From Myxococcota bacterium (GTDB lineage: Bacteria; Myxococcota_A; UBA9160; PR03), in assembly GCA_041611735.1 (NCBI GenBank), contig JBFIML010000005.1, positions 32,001-96,000 of the forward strand: a DNA stretch of 64,000 nucleotides, given 5' to 3'. Below the pieces are notes generated by a model, which ran no database searches, was not told the DNA's origin, and saw nothing but the letters and a program-made list of their open reading frames with translations. Every line of letters begins with the position of its first letter. Within the stretch, counting starts at the first letter, position 1. Shown in pieces: positions 9,521 through 22,062 of the stretch. A program made the position numbers and the translations under genes.

Positions 9521-9535
9521 GCAAGCCCCGTGCCG
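9521..9535 (-). promoter_or_regulatory. Putative sigma54 -24/-12 promoter
   Basis: Minus strand CGGCAC-GGGGC-TTGC, ending 13 nt upstream of the ATG at 9507. Confidence 0.45.
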
Positions 9536-9733
9536 CGCAAAGCCTGGGCGACAGCGGCGGAGGCGTCGCCGCAGCCCGGTTCGGGCCGATCCTGGCTGCC
9601 GCTGGCGCGGGCAGCGGCACCAAGGCGGCTTCGATTCGGGGCCCTTCCGCGCGTCCCAAGAGGCCGCCGATTGCTTCCGCCCTGCTTCCGGGCTCTGTGT
9701 CGCGAAATCGCGCCCGCGTAACTAGGCGAAATG

Positions 9734-9809
9734 TGGAGCCGACGGCCGGATTCGAACCGGCGACCTGCTAATTACGAATCAGCTGCTCTACCAGCTGAGC
9801 TACGTCGGC
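9734..9809 (-). tRNA. tRNA-Thr(CGT)
   Basis: GCCGACGTAGCTCAGCTGGTAGAGCAGCTGATT-CGT-AATTAGCAGGTCGCCGGTTCGAATCCGGCCGTCGGCTCCA; 76 nt, encoded CCA. Confidence 0.97.
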
Positions 9810-9838
9810 TTGGGACGCGTCGGACGACGCGGTCGCGA

Positions 9839-9867
9839 AGTCTAGCCGCGGGCCCGGGGCGCGCCAA
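9839..9867 (-). promoter_or_regulatory. Sigma70-type promoter of tRNA-Thr
   Basis: TTGGCG-17 nt-TAGACT on the minus strand. Confidence 0.6.
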
Positions 9868-9931
9868 GCAGCCGCCCCGGACCCCGCCGCCCGGGCCGGC
9901 AGCCCGGGCGGCGCGTGATACCTTCCGCCGC

Positions 9932-10879
9932 GTGGCGACCACGGAGCGACGCATCTGGATCGACGGCGAGCTCGTGCCCTGGGACCAGGCCACGGTGCAC
10001 GTGCTCTCCCACAGCCTGCAACGCGGCTCCCTGGTCTTCGACTACATGAGCGTGCACGAGACCCCGCGGGGGGCGGCCGTGTTCCGCCTGGACGACCACC
10101 TGGCGCGCTTCTTCCACTCGGTGCATCTCGTAGGCCTGCCCCTGCACGCCGACGCCGAGCGCCTGCGCGCCGGGATCCTGGCCAGCGTGCGCGCCAACCC
10201 CGGCGCCAGCGCCGTCAAGATCTGCGCCTACCTGCCCTCGGTGGAGGTGGAGCTCGTGCCCCTCGACGAGCGCGTGCGGGTGGCCATCGCCGCCTACGAT
10301 CCCCTGGGCGACGTGATCCAGCCGAAGGGCGTGACGCACCGCTTCCCGGAAGCCCTGCGCGTGCGCATCGAGCGGGTACGTCGCAAGCTCGACGCGGTGC
10401 TCCCGCCCCAGGCCAAGGCGGCGGCCAGCTACCTGGGCCCCATGAGCGCCAAGTGGGCGGCGCGCCGGGCCGGCTACGACGAGATCCTGCTGGTGGACGC
10501 GGCGGGCAACCTGGCCGAGGGGCCCACCACCAACGTCTTCCTGGTGGACCGGGCGGGCACGCTGCTGACGCCGCCGGTGGGCGGGATCCTGGAGGGGGTC
10601 ACGCGCCGCTCGGTGCTGGAGATCGCCAAGCACGACGGCCGCCCGGCCCGGGAGCAGACCCTCCCCCCCGCGGCGCTCTTCGAGGCGGCCGAGGCCTTCC
10701 TGACCGGGACCACCGCGGGCGTCTGGCCGATCGCCACCGTGGACGACCGGCCGGTCGGGGACGGCCGGGTCGGGCCCGTCACCCGGGCGCTCCAGGAGCG
10801 CTTCCGCGCCGTGGTCTCCGGGTGCGACCCGGACTTCGCCCACTGGCTCACGCCCGCCGCCGCAGGACCAACCGGGTGA
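9932..10879 (+). CDS. Class IV PLP aminotransferase (branched-chain amino acid aminotransferase-like)
   Basis: IWIDGELVPWDQATVHVLSHSL; PQAKAAASY (PLP Lys); EGPTTNVF; ILEGVTR; EAFLTGT. Confidence 0.88.
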   Translation: MATTERRIWIDGELVPWDQATVHVLSHSLQRGSLVFDYMSVHETPRGAAVFRLDDHLARFFHSVHLVGLPLHADAERLRAGILASVRANPGASAVKICAYLPSVEVELVPLDERVRVAIAAYDPLGDVIQPKGVTHRFPEALRVRIERVRRKLDAVLPPQAKAAASYLGPMSAKWAARRAGYDEILLVDAAGNLAEGPTTNVFLVDRAGTLLTPPVGGILEGVTRRSVLEIAKHDGRPAREQTLPPAALFEAAEAFLTGTTAGVWPIATVDDRPVGDGRVGPVTRALQERFRAVVSGCDPDFAHWLTPAAAGPTG

Positions 10880-10898
10880 GAGATCCGGCCTAGCACCG

Positions 10899-11870
10899 AT
10901 GCGCGTCCTCTCCGGCACGCAGCCCTCGGGCGAGCTGCACATCGGCAACTACTTCGGGGCGCTGCGCCAGTACCTGGCCTTCCAGGAGCAGCACGAGGCG
11001 ATCTACTTCATCGCCGACTACCACTCCATGACGAGCGTGCGCGAGGCTGCCGAGCGCCGCCGCCTGACCCACGACGTGGCGCTGGACTATCTGGCCCTGG
11101 GGCTCGACCCGGAGCGGGCCGTCCTCTACCGGCAGTCGGACCTCCCGGAGGTGTGCGAGCTGGCCTGGCTGCTCACCACGGTGACGCCCATGGGGCTCTT
11201 GGAGCGGGCCCACGCCTACAAGGACAAGGTGGCCCAGGGTCTGCCGGTGGATCACGGGCTCTTCGCCTACCCGGTCCTGATGGCGGCGGACATCCTGATC
11301 TTCAACGCGGACCTCGTCCCGGTGGGCCAGGACCAGAAGCAGCACCTGGAGATGACCCGCGACATCGCGGCCCGCTTCAACCACGTCTACGCGCGCGAGG
11401 TCTTCAAGCTGCCGGACGCCCACATCCTGGACGACGTGGCGGTGGTCCCGGGCACCGACGGGCGCAAGATGAGCAAGTCCTACGACAACACGATCGGCAT
11501 GTTCGCGGCGGAGAAGGCGCTCAAGAAGGCCATCATGGGCATCGTCACCGACTCGACGCCCGTCGAGGACCCCAAGGACCCCCAGCAGGCGCTCTTCCAG
11601 CTCTGGAACCTGTTCGCCTCGGAATCCGAACGCAAGGAGATGGAGGCGCGCGCCCGGGAGGGCGGGCTCGGCTACGGCGATCTGAAGAAGGACCTCCTGC
11701 GGCGTCTGCTCGAGCACTTCGGGCCGATGCGCGAGCGGCGCACGGCCCTGGCCCGACGCCCCGAGGCGGTGGAGGCGCTGCTCGCCGAGGGGGCGCGCCG
11801 CGCGCGGGAGCTGGCGCGGCCCGTGGTGGCGGCGGCGCGGGAGGCGGCGGGGCTCGGCCCGAGACGGTGA
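10899..11870 (+). CDS. trpS: Tryptophan--tRNA ligase
   Basis: SGTQPSGELHIGNY; YPVLMAADIL; VPVGQDQKQHLE; KMSKS. Confidence 0.97.
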   Translation: MRVLSGTQPSGELHIGNYFGALRQYLAFQEQHEAIYFIADYHSMTSVREAAERRRLTHDVALDYLALGLDPERAVLYRQSDLPEVCELAWLLTTVTPMGLLERAHAYKDKVAQGLPVDHGLFAYPVLMAADILIFNADLVPVGQDQKQHLEMTRDIAARFNHVYAREVFKLPDAHILDDVAVVPGTDGRKMSKSYDNTIGMFAAEKALKKAIMGIVTDSTPVEDPKDPQQALFQLWNLFASESERKEMEARAREGGLGYGDLKKDLLRRLLEHFGPMRERRTALARRPEAVEALLAEGARRARELARPVVAAAREAAGLGPRR

Positions 11871-12463
11871 CGCCGCGCCCCTTCGTGACGCTGGTCTCGG
11901 GCCTGCCGCGCTCCGGGACCTCCCTGATGATGCAGATGCTGCGCGCCGGGGGGCTCCCGGTCCTGAACGACGACCTGCGCCCGCCGGACGCGCACAACCC
12001 GCGCGGCTACCTGGAGTACGAGCCCGTGAAGCGCAGCGCCCGGGACGCCTCCTGGGTGGCACGCGCCGTGGGCCGGGCCGTGAAGGTGGTGCACCTGCTG
12101 CTGCCGGCACTGCCCGCGGACCGGGAGTACCGGGTGATCCTGATGCGGCGCCCCATCGAGGAGGTGATGGCCTCCCAGCTCGCCATGCTGGAGGGGAGCG
12201 GCCGCTCCAGCGACACGGAGGGCGACGAGCTCGGCGGGCTCTTCGAGCGCCAGATGGCGGAGACCGAGTCCTGGCTGCGGGAGGCCTCCCACTGCCGGGT
12301 GCTCGTGGTGGACTACCCGGAGCTCGTGCGCGACCCGGCTCCCTGGGCCGCCCGCATCGATCGCTTCCTGGGCGGCGGCCTCGACACGAGGGCCATGGTG
12401 GCCGCCGTGGATCCGCTACTGCACCGCCAGCGCCTGCACGCGCTCCGCGTCCGCGACCCGTAG
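11867..12463 (+). CDS. Sulfotransferase family protein
   Basis: GTG coupled to the trpS stop; VSGLPRSGTSLMMQML (5'-PSB loop); NPRGYLEYE. Confidence 0.85.
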   Translation: MTPRPFVTLVSGLPRSGTSLMMQMLRAGGLPVLNDDLRPPDAHNPRGYLEYEPVKRSARDASWVARAVGRAVKVVHLLLPALPADREYRVILMRRPIEEVMASQLAMLEGSGRSSDTEGDELGGLFERQMAETESWLREASHCRVLVVDYPELVRDPAPWAARIDRFLGGGLDTRAMVAAVDPLLHRQRLHALRVRDP

Positions 12464-14443
12464 CGCCTCCCAGGTCCACACCACCTCCTGCAGGGCGGCC
12501 TGCTTCTCCTCGCGCGGGATGCGCAGCCGCTCCCCGTCCGGGCCCGTGATCTGGAGCCCGCCGCTGTGCAGGTCGTAGACCACGCTGCGGTCGAGGCGGC
12601 GCAGCCCCACGAGTTGCGGTTGCTCCATGCGGGGCACGTACTGGAAGATCGCCCGGGACGGGTCTGGCACGAAGCGCGCCCGCGGCCTCCCGGCGCCCGC
12701 GCCCACGTCCAGGTGGCGCCACAGGAGACCGCGCAGCTCGCCCAGCCCCAGGGGCTCCGGCCATTCACCGCCGAGGCCCCACAGGATGAGCGGCACCGCG
12801 GTCTGGTGCTCGTCCAGGGCCTGACCGTGACCCAGGAAGCCCGTTTCGTAGAAGGACTGTCCGTGATCGGCGGTCACCAGGATCACGCTGCGTCGTGACC
12901 CGAGGTGCGCCCACCACGCCTCCACCAGCGCCTCCACGGCGTGGTCCACGTTGGCGGCGGTGTTCAGGTAGGTCTCCCACAGGCGCCCGGTCTGGCCGGC
13001 CCGGATCCGGCTGCGCGGGATCGGGTCGACGCCGAGCAGGTCGTCGATCTCCCGGTGGTGGTACGGGAAGTGGGTGTCCACCACGTTCACGTACAGGAAG
13101 AGCGGCACTTCGGGGTCGTGGCCGTGGAGGAAGGCGAGGGCGCGCTCGTTCAGCTGCTTCCAGGAGACCTGCAGGCTACCGGGGCTCGTGGAGCGGGAGG
13201 TGCGCCGCGCCAGGTCCTGGCGCGCGTCGTAGAAGACGTCTGCCTCCGCGGTGCCGAGCAGCGGCTCGCTCTGACCGAAGGAGTCGTCCTGGCCCGAGAA
13301 CCACCCGACCCGATAGCCCCGGCCCTTGAAGTCGTGCACCAGCGTCCGCTGGCCGGGGTGCGGGACCAGGGTGCCGCCCAGGAGCTGGGCCCGGGAGGGC
13401 ACCGTGAAGGGGCTGTGCACGTAGGCGCGGCGGGAAAGGGACCCCTCCCGGGCGAGGCGGTTCAGGAAGGGCGTCACCTCGCGGCCGCGGAAGCGGGCGT
13501 CGAGCAGGTCGGTGCGGAAGCTCTCCAGGAAGATCAGCAAGACGTGGGGCGAGCCGGTGGCGCTGGCCACGGCGGGCGGGATCGTCCCGGGCGGCGCGAA
13601 GTCCGCCGGCAGGTCCCCACCGATCCCGTCCTCGTCGATCCCGTTGCCGGGCCGCTCCAGGGCAAAGGGCGCGATGCCCGCGTCGAAGGGGGCCGGGTCC
13701 CGCGGCCGCGAGAGGAGCCCGTAGCCGTCCCGGTCCACGTCGCTGAGCCGCTGCACGACCTCCGTCAGCAGCACGCCGCTCGGCCGGTTCACGAGGCCAT
13801 AGCGGATGCGGTCCAGCCGGAACGTCGCCACCAGCAGGATCCCGATGGCCGCCAGGGTGGTGACTGCGAAGCCCGCCCAGATGCGCCGCGCGGGCGGGGG
13901 GGCGAAGCGCCGGGGGTCCGTCGCCACGTGACGCTCGAGCCAGCCGGCCCCCGCCCAGACCCCCAGGACCCCGATCGCCCCGATCCCGGCCACGACCGCC
14001 AGCGGCGAGAGATACCCGGCCGCGTGGGAGGCCACCTCCGCGGAGCTGCGTCCGGAGACCTCCCAGAGCAGGCTGGCGCCCACCATGCGTCCCAGGATCG
14101 AGAGGATCTGGTAGCGCACCAGGTCGAACAGGAACGGCACCGCCAGGGTGACGAGCCCCGTCAGGCAGAAGACCTGGAGATGCCCGAGCGGGAGCACTCG
14201 CAGGGTCGGCACCAGCACGCTCCAGATGGCGAGGGCCAGGGCCGCGTCGAGGATCGCGCCGGTCACGAAGAAGCCGCCGATCACCGCCGGCGAGTCCAGG
14301 GAGACCGCGTTGTAGCCGCTCGTGAAATAGCTGGTGGTGAGCTCCAGGAGCGTCGCCTCGGTGAGGGCGGCGGCAGCCAGGCAGACGAGCAGCAGCACCG
14401 ACCAGGGGCTCGCCCCGTCTCGCGTCCCGAAGCGATGCCTCAC
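12416..14443 (-). CDS. Membrane-anchored sulfatase-like hydrolase/transferase (alkaline phosphatase superfamily, LtaS-like)
   Basis: About 5 N-terminal TM helices; LIFLESFRTD; PFTVPSR; DTHFPY; VTADHG; HGQAL; GTG overlaps the upstream stop. Confidence 0.85.
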   Translation of the reverse strand: MRHRFGTRDGASPWSVLLLVCLAAAALTEATLLELTTSYFTSGYNAVSLDSPAVIGGFFVTGAILDAALALAIWSVLVPTLRVLPLGHLQVFCLTGLVTLAVPFLFDLVRYQILSILGRMVGASLLWEVSGRSSAEVASHAAGYLSPLAVVAGIGAIGVLGVWAGAGWLERHVATDPRRFAPPPARRIWAGFAVTTLAAIGILLVATFRLDRIRYGLVNRPSGVLLTEVVQRLSDVDRDGYGLLSRPRDPAPFDAGIAPFALERPGNGIDEDGIGGDLPADFAPPGTIPPAVASATGSPHVLLIFLESFRTDLLDARFRGREVTPFLNRLAREGSLSRRAYVHSPFTVPSRAQLLGGTLVPHPGQRTLVHDFKGRGYRVGWFSGQDDSFGQSEPLLGTAEADVFYDARQDLARRTSRSTSPGSLQVSWKQLNERALAFLHGHDPEVPLFLYVNVVDTHFPYHHREIDDLLGVDPIPRSRIRAGQTGRLWETYLNTAANVDHAVEALVEAWWAHLGSRRSVILVTADHGQSFYETGFLGHGQALDEHQTAVPLILWGLGGEWPEPLGLGELRGLLWRHLDVGAGAGRPRARFVPDPSRAIFQYVPRMEQPQLVGLRRLDRSVVYDLHSGGLQITGPDGERLRIPREEKQAALQEVVWTWEALRVADAERVQALAVQ

Positions 14444-15078
14444 GGCGTGCAGGCCGCCTCGTGGTGGCGCCAGGCGGCGGCGAGCCAGGCGCGGGCAGCC
14501 TCCCGGGCGTCCTCGACCTGCACGGGCTCCACCTCGCCGTGGACGAGGAGCAGCGTCATCGGTTGCGTCCCGGACCGGATCTGCGCCACGGCGGACGTGA
14601 GCTGGGCCAGCCAGGGCCGGGCCACCGGTCGCCCTTCGTACACGAAGAGGTAGCCCGCCAGCTGCACCCGGCGACGGGTCTCGTCGGAGATCCAGTGGAT
14701 CGGGAGCGGCTCCCCGTCGGTCGCAAGCCACTCGAGCTCGTGGCGCTCGGGCTCCATGGCGCCGGAGACGAAGTTGGCGGGCCGCACGTAGAGTCGAGCC
14801 GGGTCGAAGGAGCGCAGCACCGTGAACTCGAGCCGGGGGGCGGTGGGCCCGCGGGGCGAAACGCGCCCCTCGGTCCACTGCACCACGTGCCGCCCCAGCT
14901 TCTCGCCCCGCTCGCGGACGCTCCCGGCGCCGGGAAGCCCGAAGGGATCCAGGCGATGACCCGTCCCGGCGCAGGTCTCCGGCTGGCGACGGTCGCCCGC
15001 ATGCCACGCCACGGGCACGAGGGCCACGCTCAGCAGGGCGGCCAGCGGCCAGGCGTAGCGGTCCGAGAGGCGGATCAC
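14440..15078 (-). CDS. Exosortase-associated EpsI-like periplasmic protein
   Basis: Single N-terminal TM; about 212 aa; LAGYLFVYEGRPVARP motif; translationally coupled to the exosortase. Confidence 0.65.
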   Translation of the reverse strand: MIRLSDRYAWPLAALLSVALVPVAWHAGDRRQPETCAGTGHRLDPFGLPGAGSVRERGEKLGRHVVQWTEGRVSPRGPTAPRLEFTVLRSFDPARLYVRPANFVSGAMEPERHELEWLATDGEPLPIHWISDETRRRVQLAGYLFVYEGRPVARPWLAQLTSAVAQIRSGTQPMTLLLVHGEVEPVQVEDAREAARAWLAAAWRHHEAACTP

Positions 15079-16076
15079 GCGGCAGCCCTCCGGACGCGGC
15101 CGGGGTCCGCGATCAGGAACAGCAGGATCAGGACCGCCCAGAAGGTGGCCAGCCCCGAGGCCTCGTGGATCGGCGTGTCGAGCAGGCCGCTTCCGAAGCG
15201 ATCCACCAGCAGCAGCAGCAGCAGGACGCGTACCGCGTTGCAAGCCAGGGCGAGGGGGACGGCGGCCACCAGCACGGTGACGCGCCGGGGCACGGAGGGA
15301 GCGTAGAAGCCCAACACGATGGCCACCGCGATGGCGGCGTACAGGGTCGCGAAGCCGCTGCAGGCGTCGGAGATCACGAAGGTGCCCGACGCGAGCTCCA
15401 TGGCGGTGCCGCGGCGGAAGGCGCTGTAGCCGAGCAGGAAGAGCAGGGGCTCCACGGCGGCGGTGGTCAGGCTGCGCAGGTAGAGCTGCGTGGCCACCGC
15501 ATTCGGAATGGGAATCATGAACAGCCCCACCAGGAGCGGCACGGCCAGGGCGCGCGTGCGCCGGGGTCCGAGCCAGAGCAGCGAGAGCCCCGGCAGGCAG
15601 AGCACGAGACCGGCCGCCGCCAGGTACCGGGTGTGGATGGCGCTGTCCAGCACCGTGAGGCCGAGCCCAGCCCCGAGGAAGGCGAAGCCCCAGGCGCTGC
15701 TCTCCTCGGCACCCGCCGCCGGGTCGCGCCGCAAGGCCAGCCAGCCCAGGTAGCCCATCACGAAGGGGACGAAGATGCCGTGGGCGTTGATCCAGATGCT
15801 GGTCGTCCAGGAGCGGTAGAGCCAGGCGACGGTCGGGGCGAAGAGGGCCACGAAGAGCGCCGCCGTGATCCAGACCGCGAGCGACGGCATGGCCACGCGG
15901 GCCGATGGCGCTCCCGCCTGGCTCGGCTGCCCGCGACGCCACAGGAACACGCCCGTCGCCACCACCGCGCCCGCCAGCACCGACGGCCCCCACTCGTTGG
16001 GCGTGAAGGGGCTGACGGCGACCAGCGCGCCGATCAGGAGGGCGAGCCCGAGGTTGTTCCGGGTGGCGCGGGTCAC
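15075..16076 (-). CDS. Exosortase/archaeosortase family transpeptidase
   Basis: Multi-TM; HGIFVP; LFMIPIP; catalytic Cys (DACSG), Arg (NAVRV), His (IHEASG). Confidence 0.92.
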   Translation of the reverse strand: MTRATRNNLGLALLIGALVAVSPFTPNEWGPSVLAGAVVATGVFLWRRGQPSQAGAPSARVAMPSLAVWITAALFVALFAPTVAWLYRSWTTSIWINAHGIFVPFVMGYLGWLALRRDPAAGAEESSAWGFAFLGAGLGLTVLDSAIHTRYLAAAGLVLCLPGLSLLWLGPRRTRALAVPLLVGLFMIPIPNAVATQLYLRSLTTAAVEPLLFLLGYSAFRRGTAMELASGTFVISDACSGFATLYAAIAVAIVLGFYAPSVPRRVTVLVAAVPLALACNAVRVLLLLLLVDRFGSGLLDTPIHEASGLATFWAVLILLFLIADPGRVRRAAA

Positions 16077-16227
16077 GAGGGAGTCTTCTGCTGAACGGGG
16101 GTCGGCTCCCGGGGGCTGCCGGTCGGGGGGCAGAGCGGAGCCCCCGGCCCTAGATGACCCGGGAGGCTAGCGCAGGCCGACCGGCGGACGGGCGAAACCC
16201 GCCGAAATCCCCTCGGGGCCCCTGGGG

Positions 16228-18819
<2,592 letters not shown>

Positions 18820-18828
18820 GGCGGAGCA

Positions 18829-18856
18829 AGACTAAGCACCTGCCCCGCCCGGGCAA
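18829..18856 (-). promoter_or_regulatory. Putative promoter of clpB (near-leaderless)
   Basis: TTGCCC-16 nt-TAGTCT, 9 nt before the ATG; no SD. Confidence 0.5.
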
Positions 18857-18880
18857 GGCCCCCCAGGGTGCGCAGCCGCG

Positions 18881-20257
18881 TCAGGGCTCCCCGGTGCGGC
18901 CCGCAAAGGCCTCTAGCAGCTCCCGGTCCTCCCCCTCGCGCAGCCGCGCCAGCGCCCGCGCCTCGAGCTGCCGTGCCCGCTCGCGCGAGATCGAGAGCTT
19001 CTGCCCGATCTCCTCCAGGGTGTGCTCACGCTCGCCCTGGAGCCCGAAGCGCCAGCGCAGGATGCGCCGCTCCCGCTCCTCCAGGCGCTCCAGGGAGCGC
19101 GCGGCCACCTGCTCGAGGCGCATGCGGTCGTAGGCCTCGAAGCCGGCGATCGCCTCCGCATCCTCCACGAAGTCCTCGAGCCGCTTGCCCTTGCCCGAGT
19201 CGCTGCCGCGCACCTGCGCTTCGAAGCTCACCGGCTCCGTCACCAGGCTGGCGAGCTCCTCGGCGCGCTCCACCGGAACGTCCATCTCGGCGGCGATCTC
19301 CGCGGCGGTCGGCTCGCGCTCGAGGCGCGTCTCCAGGGCGTCGCGCGTCTGGTAGTACCAGCGCAAGGCGTCGTGATGATGGCTCGGCAGGCGGATCGTG
19401 CGCGAATGGTTCTGGATCGCCCGGATCAGGGCCTGGCGGATCCACCACACCGCGTAGGTCGAGAACTTGAAGCCGCGCCGCCACTCGAACTTCTCCACGG
19501 CGCGCATCAGGCCCGCGTTGCCCTCCTGGATCAGGTCCGAGAAGGAGAGGCCCAGGTTGCGGAACACCTTGGCCATCACGACCACGAGCTTCAGGTTGTG
19601 CCACACGAAGCGGTTCTTGTGCTCCGTGAGCCGGTCGAAGGCCGCGTCCACGCCCGCCACGCGCTCGAGGAAGCGCGGCGCCGCGAGGCCCAGCTCGGCT
19701 TCGAGCTCGACCCGGGAGGCGCGGCTGCGGCGGCCCTCGCCCATGAGCCGCTCGAGCTTCTGGCGCCGGGCCCGCAGACGCCGGCGCAGGTCGTCCAGGA
19801 GCCGGATGGAGAGGTCCGCCTCGGCGAGGCGCTCCGCTGCGCGGCGGTCCAGTCGCTCCAGCGCCGCGTCGTCGCGAGGCACGACCCGGGCCAGCCGCTC
19901 CCGCCGGCGCACCAGCCGCTCCACCGTGGCCAGGCGGGCATCCACCCGGGCCTCCACCTCCGCCGAGCCGCTCCCGAACCCCTCGGACATCCTGCCGGTA
20001 GCCCGGTCCGCGGCCTTCAGGCGTCGCCAGGTGCGCACCAGCTCCCGGGCGGTCCAGGGGATCGAGAGCAGGGCGGTCCGGTACTCGCGGGCGGCCGCCT
20101 CGATCTCCTTGGCGAGCAGGGTCTCCTCCTCGCGCGAGAGCGTGGGGATCGGCGCGATGTCCGCGAAGTAGGCGGCCAGGGGCTCGCGTTCCCGGGGCGC
20201 ACGCTCCCCGATCTCGGGTCGCGCCTTTCCCTGGCTCTCGAAATCCTTCCAGGCCAT
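18881..20257 (-). CDS. Sigma70-family RNA polymerase sigma factor (RpoD/RpoS-like, lacks region 1.1)
   Basis: Region 1.2 [16 protein letters not shown]; region 2 [35 protein letters not shown]; region 4 [20 protein letters not shown]. Confidence 0.93.
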   Translation of the reverse strand: MAWKDFESQGKARPEIGERAPREREPLAAYFADIAPIPTLSREEETLLAKEIEAAAREYRTALLSIPWTARELVRTWRRLKAADRATGRMSEGFGSGSAEVEARVDARLATVERLVRRRERLARVVPRDDAALERLDRRAAERLAEADLSIRLLDDLRRRLRARRQKLERLMGEGRRSRASRVELEAELGLAAPRFLERVAGVDAAFDRLTEHKNRFVWHNLKLVVVMAKVFRNLGLSFSDLIQEGNAGLMRAVEKFEWRRGFKFSTYAVWWIRQALIRAIQNHSRTIRLPSHHHDALRWYYQTRDALETRLEREPTAAEIAAEMDVPVERAEELASLVTEPVSFEAQVRGSDSGKGKRLEDFVEDAEAIAGFEAYDRMRLEQVAARSLERLEERERRILRWRFGLQGEREHTLEEIGQKLSISRERARQLEARALARLREGEDRELLEAFAGRTGEP

Positions 20258-20469
20258 GTCACTCCGTCCCAGGGCCACCCAGGTGCCCCCACACCACACT
20301 CTCTTCGTCTGACGAAGGGGCCCGCCCGGACCTTCGTTCGGGAGACGCCTCCCGCCGGCGGCGTGCTCCCGGGGGGCTCGGGTCACTGGGGCTCTCGTTG
20401 GATGCCGCACAGGCGGTCCGGTTGCAGGCGGGCTGCCGGGGAGAGATGGCCCCGAGGGGCTTCCGGGGG

Positions 20470-21984
<1,515 letters not shown>

Positions 21985-22062
21985 CTCGTTCCCGATCCCC
22001 CCAGGGTTGCCGCGCCGCTCGGGGCGCCCGGTCGCCGCCTCCCGTGGCTCACGACGAGTGGC

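Noticed and set aside
20411-20426. GG-N10-GC sigma54-like motif on the + strand
   Set aside because: Points away from the sigma gene into the 3' end of htrA and has a weak -24 match
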